Positions 1-11,446 of a DNA stretch of 60,746 bases are shown piece by piece. This DNA comes from Snowella sp. (GTDB lineage Bacteria; Cyanobacteriota; Cyanobacteriia; Cyanobacteriales; Microcystaceae), in NCBI GenBank assembly GCA_035285545.1, contig JAYKGY010000012.1, forward strand, positions 1 to 60,746. The letters run 5' to 3'. The notes under the pieces were generated by a model. It did not search any database. It saw nothing but the letters and a program-made list of their open reading frames with translations, and had not been told where the DNA came from. Position numbers and translations under genes: made by a program. The stretch's first letter is position 1; every line of letters starts with the position of its first letter.

Positions 1-166
1 TAACAAAGGTGGTTCCGGTCAGCCAACCACCGAGGGCCATATAGGCGCAGGGAAACAACAGTAACCCTGACCAACCGATAAAAACGAAACGATCGCGCTT
101 TAACCAGTCATCGAGGGCATCAAACCAACCCTGTTCTACTGGGGCGCGTCCGACTGCAATCGTCAT
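1..166 (-). CDS. psbD: Photosystem II D2 protein, 5' part (runs off the window)
   Basis: Not in the ORF track. Minus strand from ATG at 166 reads [59 protein letters not shown] ribosome-binding motif upstream. Confidence 0.97.
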   Translation of the reverse strand, partial: MTIAVGRAPVEQGWFDALDDWLKRDRFVFIGWSGLLLFPCAYMALGGWLTGTTFV

Positions 167-602
167 AGATTCAAATCCTCTTGCTTAACTAAATAAAATC
201 AAGGGCAAGATTTCTTAATGGAGTTTCTTGTGTTTTGCGTTAATAGTCCCATTGTCTTATAAGATGAGACCCTTGAAAACTGGATTAGTATAAACCAATC
301 CCCATTTCCAGCGCAGAAATAATACTCCCAAGCCTTGGTTTAGGACGATCCTAATCAAGCTTGTAATATTTTTTAATATTTCACAAGTGAGAGAAAAACC
401 CAACTTGCTAAGGATTTAGGCGAGTATTGCCGTAATCTACCTTAATTATTTTTAGCAAAAAATTTACAAACTGTCATAGGGATTCTCATAAATCATTTTT
501 ACAGTTACGGAGAGTTTCGGAATGGATTGAGCCACACCCTGTTTTGATGATTGCTGATAAATTCGTGCTTTAAGTTAATTTAGCCTAATTTTTGCTGCCT
601 AA

Positions 603-2132
603 CTATGAGAGGCGATCCAAGGTTCGATATTGAATCGCTTCTGCCACATGATGACTTTGAATTTTTTCGGATTCTGCTAAATCGGCGATGGTTCGAGAAA
701 CTTTTAAAATCCGATCCATTGCCCTAGCGGATAATCCTAATTTACGGATGGCTCCTTCCAATAAGCTACGGCTAGTCTCATCTAATTGGCAAAATTTACG
801 CAGATGGGACGATTGCATTTCTGCATTGGATTTAATCGATTTTTCTTCTATAAATCTTGCCTGAGCTATCTGTCGAGCTTGCTTGACGCGATCGCGGATG
901 GATTGAGAATCTTCGCCAGCTGATTGTCGCGTCATTTCTTCAGGCTTAAGACGGCTCACGGTGACTTGTAAATCAATCCGATCCATCAAGGGCCCCGATA
1001 ATTTCGCCCAATACATTTCGCGCTGTCGTGGGGAGCAGGAACAAGCTTGAATCGTATCGCCAAAATACCCACAGGGACAAGGATTGGTACTGGCTACTAA
1101 GGTAAATTGGGCAGGGAACAACACGGATTGACGAGTGCGAGAAATCGTGACATAGCCATCTTCTAGTGGCTGCCGCAAAAACTCTAAAACGTTGCGTTTA
1201 AATTCCGTCAACTCATCCAAAAACAATACCCCCCGATGGGCGAGAGAAATTTCACCAGGTCGAGGAAAACTCCCTCCACCGACTAACGAGGGGCCAGAAG
1301 CCGAATGGTGAGGACTGCGAAACGGACGTTCCCGAATTAACGAGCCTTTATTCTTTAATAATCCTGCTACTGAGTGAATTTGGGAAACTTCTAAGGCTTC
1401 ATCAAAAGCCAAAGGGGGCAAAATTCCTGGTAAACGCCGAGCCAACATGGTTTTTCCGCTCCCAGGCGGCCCCACAAAGATCAAGTTATGTCCCCCGGCG
1501 GCGGCAATTTCTAGGGCACGACGGGCATGGCTTTGACCCTTTACGTCTTTTAGATCAGGAACGAAAAGGGGCGATCGCTGAAACTCTTCCAATGCATCTA
1601 ACTGAACCGGTTGATAACGCTCAGGTTCCGCTAAAAATTGCGCTACTTCCGAAATATGTTTGAATCCATAAACCGAAATTCCCTTTACTACAGCAGCTTC
1701 TTGGGCATTATCCGCAGGAACAACCATTCCCATAAAACCTAATTGTTCTGCTCTAGCCGCGATCGCCAATACCCCTGGAACAGGGCGCAAACTCCCATCG
1801 AGGGACATTTCCCCAACAAACAAAAAATCCCCTAACAATTGGGGATCAACCTGCTCTGAAGCCGCTAAAATTCCCACACTAATGGGTAAATCAAAGCTGG
1901 GGCCTTCTTTGCGTAAATCCGCAGGCGTGAGATTAATCACAATTTTGCGAACTGGGAAAGCAAAACCCGCATTTTTTAAAGCCGCTTTCACCCGTTCTCG
2001 CGATTCTTGGACAGCGGTATCAGGAAGCCCCACCACCGTAATCGTCGGTAAACCGCCTGATACATCCACTTCTACGCCTACTTTTACTGATTCAATCCCA
2101 ATCAGGGATGCACTCCAGACCCTAGCCAGCAT
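603..2132 (-). CDS. comM: YifB/ComM family Mg-chelatase-like AAA+ ATPase
   Basis: VGLPDTAVQESRER, NLTPADLRKEGPSFDLPI, Walker A GPPGSGKT, PGEISLAHRGVLFLDE, NPCPCG. Confidence 0.92.
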   Translation of the reverse strand: MLARVWSASLIGIESVKVGVEVDVSGGLPTITVVGLPDTAVQESRERVKAALKNAGFAFPVRKIVINLTPADLRKEGPSFDLPISVGILAASEQVDPQLLGDFLFVGEMSLDGSLRPVPGVLAIAARAEQLGFMGMVVPADNAQEAAVVKGISVYGFKHISEVAQFLAEPERYQPVQLDALEEFQRSPLFVPDLKDVKGQSHARRALEIAAAGGHNLIFVGPPGSGKTMLARRLPGILPPLAFDEALEVSQIHSVAGLLKNKGSLIRERPFRSPHHSASGPSLVGGGSFPRPGEISLAHRGVLFLDELTEFKRNVLEFLRQPLEDGYVTISRTRQSVLFPAQFTLVASTNPCPCGYFGDTIQACSCSPRQREMYWAKLSGPLMDRIDLQVTVSRLKPEEMTRQSAGEDSQSIRDRVKQARQIAQARFIEEKSIKSNAEMQSSHLRKFCQLDETSRSLLEGAIRKLGLSARAMDRILKVSRTIADLAESEKIQSHHVAEAIQYRTLDRLS

Positions 2133-2159
2133 TTTGTTTTCACTAAAAGGACACCTGAG

Positions 2160-4043
2160 TTAGACCATTTGTAAGGCTTCCTCAATGGTGACATTATAAA
2201 TAATTCGACCTGGGGTGGTGAGAATATATTGCGATAATAATTCTCCGTCAGCCGTTTCCCGAACTTTACGCTGTTTGTAGTACTTCATCACCGTACCATC
2301 TTCCAAGGTTTCAGTGTTTTGAATTTCATCGTCCGCTTTATCGGTCACGACACGGGGATCGTTGTGACGAACCCAAATCATGGCATGGAGATCCACACTC
2401 CCTTGCTCATAGGCTTTTAACGTGTCATCTAAACTCGCAAAGTGCCGTCCTGCTCCTTTTTGAGCATTGGGATTTTCTGCCGTGAGATAGTAACAGCCCA
2501 AAACCATATCCTGGGAAGGCGCAACAATGGGTTTACCCGTCGCCGGAGACAGCACATTATGACAAGCCAACATTAACAAGCGGGCTTCTGCTTGAGCTTC
2601 CAAAGAAAGGGGAACGTGAACCGCCATTTGGTCCCCATCAAAGTCAGCGTTAAAGGCCGGACAAACTAGGGGATGTAATTGGATAGCACGGCCGTTCACC
2701 AAAATCGGTTCAAAGGCTTGGATCCCTAAACGGTGTAGGGTCGGAGCACGGTTTAAGAGAACGGGGTGTCCTGTAATCACTTCTTCTAAGACTGACCAAA
2801 CTTGGGGGTCATTTTTAAGAATTTGTTTTTTCGCCGCCTTGATGTTATTGACAATACCTAATTTAATTAAGCGGTGAATGACAAAGGGTTGGAAGAGTTC
2901 GATCGCCATTTCACGGGGCAAACCACATTGATAAATTTTCAGTTTTGGCCCGACCACAATAACGGAACGTCCCGAATAGTCAACCCGTTTTCCTAAGAGA
3001 TTTTGACGGAAACGCCCTTGTTTTCCTTCGATAATGTCAGATAGGGACTTTAAGGGACGATTATTGGCTCCAACGACAGTACGCCCGCGTCGTCCATTGT
3101 CAATCAGGGCATCGACCGCTTCCTGTAACATCCGTTTTTCGTTACGGACAATGATTTCAGGGGCAAGGATTTCTTGAAGACGGGCTAAACGATTATTACG
3201 GTTGATCACTCGTCGGTAGAGATCGTTTAAATCAGAGGTCGCAAATCGTCCCCCATCCAATTGCACCATTGGGCGTAAATCAGGCGGAATCACGGGAATT
3301 GCGCTCAAAACCATCCATTCCGGCTGGGAATTGGTCGCAATAAAGTTGTCAATCACCCGTAGGCGTTTAATGAGTTTGGCTCGTTTTTGCCCCTTACTAT
3401 CGAGAATTTCTTCCCGTAGTTTTTCTGCAACTTCTTCTAAATTCAGTTCTTCTAAAATGCGTTGGATGGCTTCCGCCCCAATTCCCACTTCAATTCCTTG
3501 CAGTTCGGAATCTTCGGCATAGATTTGATCTTCAATTTCTACCCACTGGTCTTCCGTCAGCAATTGCTTATATTGCAAGTTACTAGCGTTGCCTGGATCG
3601 AGAACGACATAGGCGTTGAAGTAAACAATTTGTTCTACATCCCGTAGGGGCATGTCTAACAAAATGCTGAGATAGCTAGGAATACCTTTGAGATACCAAA
3701 CATGGGTAACAGGAGCCGCTAATTTGATATAACCCATGCGGTGACGACGAACACGGGATTCGGTCACTTCTACGCCACACCGTTCGCAGACAATCCCTCG
3801 ATGGCGGACTCGTTTATATTTTCCACACCAGCATTCCCAATCCTTAGAGGGCCCGAAAATCTTTTCACAGAAAAGTCCGTCCATTTCAGGCTTTAAGGTA
3901 CGGTAGTTAATGGTTTCGGGTTTGGTAACTTCGCCGACAACAATACCGTTGGGCAGGCTGCGTTCTCCCCATTGACGAATTCTTTCGGGCGAGGCGATCG
4001 CAATCTTAACGTAGTCAAACCGTTGTTGTGTTGGTGATTTCAT
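2160..4043 (-). CDS. rpoC1: RNA polymerase gamma subunit (N-terminal part of split beta')
   Basis: [13 protein letters not shown], Zn-finger CWCGKYK...CERC, catalytic NADFDGD. Start moved to ATG at 4043 ([14 protein letters not shown]). Confidence 0.97.
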   Translation of the reverse strand: MKSPTQQRFDYVKIAIASPERIRQWGERSLPNGIVVGEVTKPETINYRTLKPEMDGLFCEKIFGPSKDWECWCGKYKRVRHRGIVCERCGVEVTESRVRRHRMGYIKLAAPVTHVWYLKGIPSYLSILLDMPLRDVEQIVYFNAYVVLDPGNASNLQYKQLLTEDQWVEIEDQIYAEDSELQGIEVGIGAEAIQRILEELNLEEVAEKLREEILDSKGQKRAKLIKRLRVIDNFIATNSQPEWMVLSAIPVIPPDLRPMVQLDGGRFATSDLNDLYRRVINRNNRLARLQEILAPEIIVRNEKRMLQEAVDALIDNGRRGRTVVGANNRPLKSLSDIIEGKQGRFRQNLLGKRVDYSGRSVIVVGPKLKIYQCGLPREMAIELFQPFVIHRLIKLGIVNNIKAAKKQILKNDPQVWSVLEEVITGHPVLLNRAPTLHRLGIQAFEPILVNGRAIQLHPLVCPAFNADFDGDQMAVHVPLSLEAQAEARLLMLACHNVLSPATGKPIVAPSQDMVLGCYYLTAENPNAQKGAGRHFASLDDTLKAYEQGSVDLHAMIWVRHNDPRVVTDKADDEIQNTETLEDGTVMKYYKQRKVRETADGELLSQYILTTPGRIIYNVTIEEALQMV

Positions 4044-4225
4044 TCCTAATTCTGTTTCGCAATAACTGAAGGTTGGGACAGGGAGCAAAGATCGAGTCAG
4101 AAAAACTTTTCTGTTAGAGCCAGGTTATAATCATTTTGCTAGGCACTACTTTTACAATAAATTTTCAAAGTTATAAGGGTACAGCCTACCGATTATAGCT
4201 TAGATTTACCTTATTAAAAAAAATT

Positions 4226-4432
4226 TTAGCTGCCTCTAAACGCTAACGCAACTTGAACGCTAGAAAGGGTTAATTTAGGATGGGCTTGTAAAATCTGTTC
4301 AACTGTTTCTCCTTCGGATAATTTTTCTCAAATTAATTCAACAGGAATCCGTGTTCCAGCAATCACTGGTTTTCCCATCATAATCTTGGGATCTGACACG
4401 ATAAGTTTTTTCAATTCTAACTGCGCTGCCAT
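4226..4432 (-). pseudogene. DUF433-family antitoxin pseudogene with an in-frame stop
   Basis: Reads MAAQLELKKLIVSDPKIMMGKPVIAGTRIPVELI*EKLSEGETVEQILQAHPKLTLSSVQVALAFRGS*. GKPVIAGTRIPV is the DUF433 motif; TGA at 4328-4330; GGAGG upstream. Confidence 0.88.
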
Positions 4433-4694
4433 ACGATTTCCTCCCCATGTATGAGGTTTCAGATCACATACTAACATCGGAAAAAGCCAATAAATATTTA
4501 GTGATATTTTTATCTCCGCTGCGTTAAGTATGATTAGACGCGATCGCAGGCTTGAAGATCGAGATATAATAAAGCCTAAGTTAATTGGTTAAAACAGGAA
4601 AAAACGGTAAAGTTACGTCACCTCTTTTCCGGTGTAGTTTACACTAAACAATAGCCCCTTAACCCTTAACGTTGCTGAAAGGACAGATAAGATC

Positions 4695-5480
4695 ATGGGA
4701 TTATTCGATCGCCTTAGCCGAGTTGTCCGTGCTAACTTAAACGATCTCGTCAGCCAAGCTGAAGATCCAGAAAAAGTTCTGGAACAGGCTGTGATCGATA
4801 TGCAGGAAGACTTGGTTCAACTACGCCAGGCCGTTGCTCGTACCATTGCCGAACAGAAGCGAACAGAACAACGTTATAACAGCGATCTCACTGAAGCCGG
4901 AAAGTGGGAGCAACGGGCAAAATTGGCCCTGACAAAAGGGGATGAAAATCTCGCCAAAGAAGCCCTCGTTCGGAAAAAAACTTTTGCTGATACGGCTGCA
5001 ACCCTCAAAGCCCAATTAGATCAGCAGACAACCCAAGTTCAATCCCTACGTCAAAATTTAACAGCCTTAGAAGCCAAGATTGCTGAAGCGAAAACTAAGA
5101 AAAATATGCTGCAAGCCAGAGCGAAAGCAGCTAAGGCTAATGAAGAACTCCAAAAAACCCTGGGCGGAATTGATACCAGTAGCGCAATGGGGGCTTTTGA
5201 GCGCATGGAAAATAAGGTACTGGAAATGGAAGCCCGTTCCCAAGCCATCGGAGAGTTAGGGGGCTATGGCATTGAACAACAATTTGCCCAATTAGAATCC
5301 AGCAGTGATGTGGATGATGAATTGGCGTTGCTTAAAGCTCAAATGAGTGGTGGTGCTTTACCCCCATCTCAGTCCGCCCCCCAACTAGAAGCCGCTAAAA
5401 CAGAGACTCAGGCAACTCCCACCGATGGGGTAATTGATGCAGAGCTAGAAGATCTCCGACGTAAATTAAACGATCTTTGA
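4695..5480 (+). CDS. vipp1: PspA/IM30 family protein Vipp1
   Basis: MGLFDRLSRVVRANLNDLVSQAEDPEKVLEQ, coiled coil, VDDELA and the Vipp1-type C-terminal extension IDAELEDLRRKL. Confidence 0.93.
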   Translation: MGLFDRLSRVVRANLNDLVSQAEDPEKVLEQAVIDMQEDLVQLRQAVARTIAEQKRTEQRYNSDLTEAGKWEQRAKLALTKGDENLAKEALVRKKTFADTAATLKAQLDQQTTQVQSLRQNLTALEAKIAEAKTKKNMLQARAKAAKANEELQKTLGGIDTSSAMGAFERMENKVLEMEARSQAIGELGGYGIEQQFAQLESSSDVDDELALLKAQMSGGALPPSQSAPQLEAAKTETQATPTDGVIDAELEDLRRKLNDL

Positions 5481-5551
5481 ATCCTCATTAACAGAGATGG
5501 CGATAGGCGATCGCTGAATTTTAGCCGAATAAACCAGGGAACTTAACTGGT

Positions 5552-5589
5552 AAAATGGGGTTGTTGACTGATGACAACCTCAATTTTTT
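5552..5589 (+). terminator. Probable intrinsic terminator after vipp1
   Basis: Stem GGGGTTGT...ACAACCTC followed by a T-run. Confidence 0.55.
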
Positions 5590-5721
5590 AGTATTTAAGA
5601 AAAGAAGCTGAATTGCTTAAGATCTAGATACATCAGGGGTCAAAAGAGTGCAATTTTTAGTGATGTCTCTCAAGATAACGTTTCAAATTTAACCAAAATC
5701 CCAAAAACGCATTTTTTTCCC

Positions 5722-6048
5722 ATGAGCTTACACGAAATCACCGACAAAGAATTTGAACAACATTTAACCAACGCTGAGCAACCGGTTTTAGCTTATTTTT
5801 GGGCCCCCTGGTGTGGCCCTTGCCGTTTAGTTTCCCCTTCGATCAAAGCCTTGGCTGACCAATACGGCGATCGCTTAAAAGTCCTTAAGTTAGAGGTTGA
5901 TCCCAATCCCATCACAGCTCGTAAATATAAGGTGGAAGGTGTACCCGCGATTCGTCTTTTGAAAAACGATGAAGTCGTCGTGAGCCATGAAGGTGCAATT
6001 ACTAAAGATAAATTACAAGCCTTACTAGATCCTCACCTCGGCGACTAA
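5722..6048 (+). CDS. Thioredoxin
   Basis: WAPWCGPC active site, 108 aa. Confidence 0.93.
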   Translation: MSLHEITDKEFEQHLTNAEQPVLAYFWAPWCGPCRLVSPSIKALADQYGDRLKVLKLEVDPNPITARKYKVEGVPAIRLLKNDEVVVSHEGAITKDKLQALLDPHLGD

Positions 6049-6149
6049 CCAATAGGAAAAAGAGAGTCAGTTGTCGGGCTGGACTAGCGATCGCGCTTCG
6101 TAACCCCCTGTAGGGTAAGATAGGCAAACAAACTTGTTCGGCAGGACTC

Positions 6150-6881
6150 ATGGAAAAACGCTACGAAGGAAAAGCTAAGATTCTCTATCCCACCGACGAT
6201 CCAGAGATTCTTTTAACCGTTTTTAAAGATGATGCAACGGCCTTTAACGCCCAAAAACGGGGACAAATTCAAGGAAAAGGGGAAATTAACTGTACCATTT
6301 CATCTGCCTTGTTTAAATGGCTAGGTTCCTTGGGTATTCCCCATCATTTTATCGATCAGTCCTCGCCGAATCAGATGCGAGTTAAAGCGGTTACCATCTT
6401 GCCCCTGGAAGTTGTCGTGAGAAATATCGCTGCTGGTAGCCTCTGCAAACAAACCGGGTTAACAGAAGGAACAATCCTGCCCTTTCCTCTCGTTGAATTT
6501 TACTTAAAAAATGATGCTCTCGGTGATCCGCTCTTAACCCGCGATCGCATTTTAGTCTTGGGCGTAGCGACCCCTGAGCAACTTGAGCAATTAAAGGCAT
6601 TGGCCTTAAAAATCAACAGTCATCTCCAAGACTTTTTTAATCACTGCCAAATTACCCTAGTTGACTTCAAACTAGAATTTGGGCTAGATGCTCAGCAACA
6701 TCTGTTACTCGCCGATGAGATAAGCCCCGATACCTGCCGTCTTTGGGATCAATCCGAAACCGATCCACAAGCCAGGGTTTTAGATAAAGATCGTTTCCGT
6801 CGCGATCTCGGAAAAGTCGAATCGGCTTATCAACAGGTACAACAACGAGTTTTATCCCAAATCAATCAAATATTTGCCTAA
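6150..6881 (+). CDS. purC: SAICAR synthase
   Basis: YEGKAK, FKDDATAFN, LVDFKLEFG, LADEISPDTCRLWD, DKDRFR. Confidence 0.96.
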   Translation: MEKRYEGKAKILYPTDDPEILLTVFKDDATAFNAQKRGQIQGKGEINCTISSALFKWLGSLGIPHHFIDQSSPNQMRVKAVTILPLEVVVRNIAAGSLCKQTGLTEGTILPFPLVEFYLKNDALGDPLLTRDRILVLGVATPEQLEQLKALALKINSHLQDFFNHCQITLVDFKLEFGLDAQQHLLLADEISPDTCRLWDQSETDPQARVLDKDRFRRDLGKVESAYQQVQQRVLSQINQIFA

Positions 6882-7059
6882 TTCAAAGTCAGGAACATTC
6901 TATTCAAGAAAAAGTCAAGACTCAAGGCAACGGCTGTACACTGATCACGCTTGTCTTATCGGAATTATTAAGTCAATAATAAATCCTAGACAGTTATCGT
7001 TCAGTTATAAAAAACTTACTTTAATTTGCTCACTTTATTGCTTGATTGGGTGTTAGGAC

Positions 7060-9225
7060 GTGTTCAACGACATTAAAAACGTGTATATTTCTCCCCTTTT
7101 TAGTCTGGTATTCACAACAACTAGCTTGGTAACCTTCGCCTCTGTTGCAAAAGGAGCAACCATTCTCGACTCTCCTCAATTTATGGCATCCTCCTCTACA
7201 TTCAATTCGATGCCTACAGAATTCAAGCCAGTCGAAATTCATCATTGGCCTACCAACCCGATTGATTTCCCATCTCCTTCCCCTCTTGCTCAAGCAACAC
7301 CTACTCCTCCTAGTACAGATCCCTCCGTTCCTTCCCAACCCATCCCCTCCTTTCAGCCACCTGCACCGGGAAGTGAAACGCCCACTGAACCTACCCAAGC
7401 AACGCCGACGGAAGAACCACGGGTCTTAATTAGCGAAGTCGTTGTTCGGGGTGCGGATCCAGAGTTAGAAAAACTTGTATATAACGTCCTTCGTACTCGG
7501 CCTGGGCGGGCGGCAACCCGTTCTCAACTCCAAGAGGATGTCAACGCCATTTATGCGACAGGCTATTTTAGTAATGTAAAAGTTTCTCCCGAAGATACGC
7601 CCTTGGGGGTTCGAGTCACCTTTGAGGTTCAGCCCAATCCCATTTTGAAAGAAATTGTGATTGAAACGGTTCCGGCAACAGAAAAAGAAAGGGTTTTACC
7701 GGCTGAGGTCGTTAATTCAACTTTTTCTGGTCAATATGGAAAAATTTTAAACCTTCGGGAATTACAAGAAGGCATTAAAAAAATTAATGAGTGGTATTCC
7801 AGCAACGGCTACGATCTCGCGCAAGTTGTGGGTTCCCCTACGGTGGGAGAGGATGGAACCGTTAAATTAATTATTGCCGAAGGGATTGTCGAAAATATTC
7901 AAGTCCGCTTCTTTAACTCAGAAGATGAACCTGCCGAGGGCAGAACCCGCGATTTTATCGTGACTCGCGAAATGCAACTCAAACCCGGAGATGTCTTTAA
8001 TCGTAATGTTGCCCAACGAGATCTACAACGAATTTTTGGTTTAGGACTATTTGAAGATGCTCGTTTATCCTTTAATCCTGGCACCGATCCACGAGAAGTT
8101 ATTGTTAATGTGGATGTGGTCGAAGGTAATACGGGATCGATCGCGGCGGGGGCTGGCTTTAGTAGCACCAGTGGTTTATTTGGCACCCTAAGTTATCAGG
8201 AAAAAAACTTAGGCGGTAATGCTCAAACCATTGGAACCGAACTCCAAGTCGGGCAACGGGAATTGTTATTCGATGTCAACTTTACTGATCCCTGGATTGC
8301 AGGCGATCCCTATCGAACCTCCTATTCAGTTAATGGTTTTCGTCGTCGTACCATTACCCTCGTCTATGACGGTAATTCTTCATCCATTCGGACTTTAAAC
8401 ACCTTCAATAGTCCCAGGGTCGTTCGGACAGGGGCAGGTGTTACCTTTTTCCGTCCCATTGCAGAAAATGTTTTCTCCGCTCCTGAGTGGCGATTATCGG
8501 CGGGATTTTCCTATCAGCACGTTCAAATTACCGATGGAGATGGCAATATTGCGCCCTTATCTGCTCCCTTGAATGATTATCCCTCTCAACAATTAGCCTT
8601 TAGTCCCAGTGGGGTTGATGACCTCTGGACGTTCTCGTTTGGGGCATCTCAAGATACCCGAAATAGCCCCCTACAACCCACTAGCGGTTCCGTTTTACGG
8701 TTAGGAATGGAGCAAACCGTTCCCATTGGCTCTGGTAGTATTCTCTTTAACCGCTTACGAGGAAGCTACAGCCATTTTATTCCCGTGAATTGGTTAGATT
8801 TAACCAGTTGGGGTTTTGTGGAAAGCACCCAGCCCCAAGCCTTAGCGTTTAATATTCAAGCAGGGACAGTCTTAGGAGATTTACCTCCCTATGAAGCCTT
8901 TGTCATTGGGGGAAGTAACTCCGTTCGGGGTTATGCAGAAGGCGATCTAGGCAATGGACGCAGTTATTTACAAGCAACGGCCGAATACCGTTTCCCGATT
9001 ATCAATGCCGTTGGTGGCGCGCTTTTCTTTGACTATGGTTCCACCTTGGGATCATCTGATGCAGTACCGGGGATTCCTTCCATTATTCGAGGATTACCAG
9101 GATCGGGCTTTGGCTATGGTATTGGGGTAAGAATTCAATCCCCCGTTGGGCCGATTCGGATTGACTACGGGATTAATGAACAGGGCGGATCACGGGTCAA
9201 TTTTGGAATTGGGGAAAAGTTCTAA
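7060..9225 (+). CDS. BamA/Omp85 family outer-membrane protein with Pro-rich N-terminus and POTRA domains
   Basis: Signal-like N-terminus, POTRA repeats, GGSNSVRGY, SPVGPIRIDYG, C-terminal FGIGEKF. Confidence 0.92.
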   Translation: MFNDIKNVYISPLFSLVFTTTSLVTFASVAKGATILDSPQFMASSSTFNSMPTEFKPVEIHHWPTNPIDFPSPSPLAQATPTPPSTDPSVPSQPIPSFQPPAPGSETPTEPTQATPTEEPRVLISEVVVRGADPELEKLVYNVLRTRPGRAATRSQLQEDVNAIYATGYFSNVKVSPEDTPLGVRVTFEVQPNPILKEIVIETVPATEKERVLPAEVVNSTFSGQYGKILNLRELQEGIKKINEWYSSNGYDLAQVVGSPTVGEDGTVKLIIAEGIVENIQVRFFNSEDEPAEGRTRDFIVTREMQLKPGDVFNRNVAQRDLQRIFGLGLFEDARLSFNPGTDPREVIVNVDVVEGNTGSIAAGAGFSSTSGLFGTLSYQEKNLGGNAQTIGTELQVGQRELLFDVNFTDPWIAGDPYRTSYSVNGFRRRTITLVYDGNSSSIRTLNTFNSPRVVRTGAGVTFFRPIAENVFSAPEWRLSAGFSYQHVQITDGDGNIAPLSAPLNDYPSQQLAFSPSGVDDLWTFSFGASQDTRNSPLQPTSGSVLRLGMEQTVPIGSGSILFNRLRGSYSHFIPVNWLDLTSWGFVESTQPQALAFNIQAGTVLGDLPPYEAFVIGGSNSVRGYAEGDLGNGRSYLQATAEYRFPIINAVGGALFFDYGSTLGSSDAVPGIPSIIRGLPGSGFGYGIGVRIQSPVGPIRIDYGINEQGGSRVNFGIGEKF

Positions 9226-9228
9226 GTT

Positions 9229-10053
9229 ATGCCTAAGACTTTAAAGGAAAGCTTTACCGTTCAAGGCGTTGGGTTACATTCTGGGATAGAAACCCAGGTG
9301 CGGGTCGTGCCAAGTCCCACAGGCCAAGGACGCTATTTTGTTCGGACGGATTTGGCCGCGCAACCCATAATTAGGGCTAATCTTGCCATTGTTCAAGAGG
9401 CGATGCTTTCAACCCAGTTGGGGGAAGGAACAGCAACGGTTCGGACGGTAGAACACTTATTGGCAGCCTTGGTTGCGAGTGGGGTGAATGATGCCCGTAT
9501 TGAAATTGATGGGCCAGAAGTTCCCCTATTGGATGGTTCGGCGAAGGTTTGGATAGAGGCGATCGCGTCGGTTACCCTGCAAGCTTTTGGTGAGGATGAA
9601 CAGCCTGCAAAAACAATTACTGAACCGATTGTTCACCAAGAAGGGGATATGTTTGTGATGGCCTTACCCGCACCCCATACCCTTTTCACCTATGGGGTCG
9701 ATTATCCCTATGGGCCTATTGGTAAACAGTGGTATAGCTGGAATCCCCAAATTGAAGACTTTTCGAACGCGATCGCGCCTGCTCGAACCTTTGGCTTCGC
9801 CGATCAAATTGAGAAATTACGACAAATGGGATTGATTAAAGGGGGAAGTCTAGATAACGCGCTAGTGTGTGACCATGAAAAATGGCTCAATCCGCCGTTA
9901 CGCTTTGCTGATGAGCCGGTACGTCATAAATTATTAGATTTAATCGGTGATCTCAGCTTATTGGGACAAATTCCCCAAGCCCATTATATTGCCTACAAAG
10001 CCAGCCATAAACTCCATACCCAATTGGCTAAAAAAATTGCCGAGTTACCGTAA
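9229..10053 (+). CDS. lpxC: UDP-3-O-acyl-N-acetylglucosamine deacetylase
   Basis: [42 protein letters not shown]. Confidence 0.96.
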   Translation: MPKTLKESFTVQGVGLHSGIETQVRVVPSPTGQGRYFVRTDLAAQPIIRANLAIVQEAMLSTQLGEGTATVRTVEHLLAALVASGVNDARIEIDGPEVPLLDGSAKVWIEAIASVTLQAFGEDEQPAKTITEPIVHQEGDMFVMALPAPHTLFTYGVDYPYGPIGKQWYSWNPQIEDFSNAIAPARTFGFADQIEKLRQMGLIKGGSLDNALVCDHEKWLNPPLRFADEPVRHKLLDLIGDLSLLGQIPQAHYIAYKASHKLHTQLAKKIAELP

Positions 10054-10172
10054 GCAAATTGTCTTTAAATTTAGGCTCTACAGTTAAGGACATAATATTA
10101 TTATGTCCCTATTCAAATCTTGTCTTCGTAGGACTTTAACTTGGTTAAATCCTTTAAGGTTTTATCTTATTT

Positions 10173-10559
10173 TTATTTACTGGTTTGGATCAGTTCAATT
10201 TTGTAGCCGTTCGGATCTTCGACAAAGGCAATTTCTGTTGAACCATGTTTCATCGGGCCCGGTTCTCTCGTCACCTTCCCCCCTCGTTCTTTAATTTTGT
10301 CGCAGGTTCCGTAAATATCATTCACCCCGATCGCGATATGGCCATAAGCATTGCCTAATTCGTAGTGATCCACCCCCCAGTTATAGGTTAATTCGATTAC
10401 CGCTTGTTCCGATTCATCGGCATAACCCACAAAAGCTAAGGTAAACTCTCCCCCCGGATAATCTTTTTGACGAATTAACTTCATCCCCAAAACATCACAA
10501 TAAAATTTTAAGGATTCTTCTAAATTGCCGACTCGCAGCATGGTATGGAGGACGCGCAT
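10173..10559 (-). CDS. gloA: Lactoylglutathione lyase (glyoxalase I)
   Basis: [42 protein letters not shown]. Start moved to ATG at 10559. Confidence 0.95.
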   Translation of the reverse strand: MRVLHTMLRVGNLEESLKFYCDVLGMKLIRQKDYPGGEFTLAFVGYADESEQAVIELTYNWGVDHYELGNAYGHIAIGVNDIYGTCDKIKERGGKVTREPGPMKHGSTEIAFVEDPNGYKIELIQTSK

Positions 10560-10649
10560 AATTTTTTTCTGATAATTTTCAATCATGAATGGAAAGCAAC
10601 TTGATCTTACCAAAAATCCTCTTTTTCAACGTCTGCCAACTTGGCTTTT

Positions 10650-11372
10650 CTAAAAATGGGGGGCCGTCTTTAAGGCGATTAAGTCTAGTTGCGTCAGCCG
10701 TTCATAGGCATTATCAATCACGCCTTTTCCTCGCAAAAATCCGGTATTCGCGCCTGGACAGAGATAGGTTAGCGTTTGGGCCGAGAAGCGATCGCAGATT
10801 TGCTCGATATTGGCCAATTGCCGCCCCCAATGGAAGGTTTTGGATAACCGTAATGGAGTAGGATTGCCTTGTTGATCGGGTAAGAGATGGCGGCCGGTAA
10901 ACAAAATGCCTCCCTGGGATTGCCAATAGAGACAGGCCGATCCAGGAGAGTGCCCCGATGTCCAAATTAAGCGGATTTCTGACGATAATTCCAATTCTTG
11001 CTCAAAAGAATTTACGGTTATATTCGGCAATAAATAGGACTCTTGCTCTTGAATTATCACTTCACATTGCAGATTCTGTTGAATAGTTTGAATTACTGGG
11101 CTAATCCCCCCTCGATGGGTCAAAAATAACCACTTGACTCCGCCTTGTTCTGTGCAAAACTGTTGATTTCCCGATTCCCAAACCGGACAATCCACCAATA
11201 TATTGCCGCCTTTATTTACAATGAAATAAGACGTTCCTCCTAAAATTTCTCGATTCGGCGGAAAAGCATAAACATCTTCTAAAATTAATCGAGGACGTTT
11301 CGGCGATCGCGGCTCAAGGGAAGCAGTAGGAACCGAGGACGGAACAGAATGTTCTAAGGAAGAAGAGGACAT
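10650..11372 (-). CDS. MBL-fold metallo-hydrolase-like protein
   Basis: NILVDCP, LFLTHRG, GHSPGS, GILFTG; degenerate MBL motifs typical of this cyanobacterial family. Confidence 0.8.
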   Translation of the reverse strand: MSSSSLEHSVPSSVPTASLEPRSPKRPRLILEDVYAFPPNREILGGTSYFIVNKGGNILVDCPVWESGNQQFCTEQGGVKWLFLTHRGGISPVIQTIQQNLQCEVIIQEQESYLLPNITVNSFEQELELSSEIRLIWTSGHSPGSACLYWQSQGGILFTGRHLLPDQQGNPTPLRLSKTFHWGRQLANIEQICDRFSAQTLTYLCPGANTGFLRGKGVIDNAYERLTQLDLIALKTAPHF

Positions 11373-11446
11373 AAAAAATAGGAGAGATAAGTCATCTACT
11401 CCATTAGATCATAAAGGAAGGGAATTAGCCCAAAAGACGCTTCTCA

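Noticed and set aside
355..480. HLR1-like TTACAA half-sites upstream of psbD
   Set aside because: Plausible biologically, but the second half-sites are too degenerate in AT-rich DNA to support a call.
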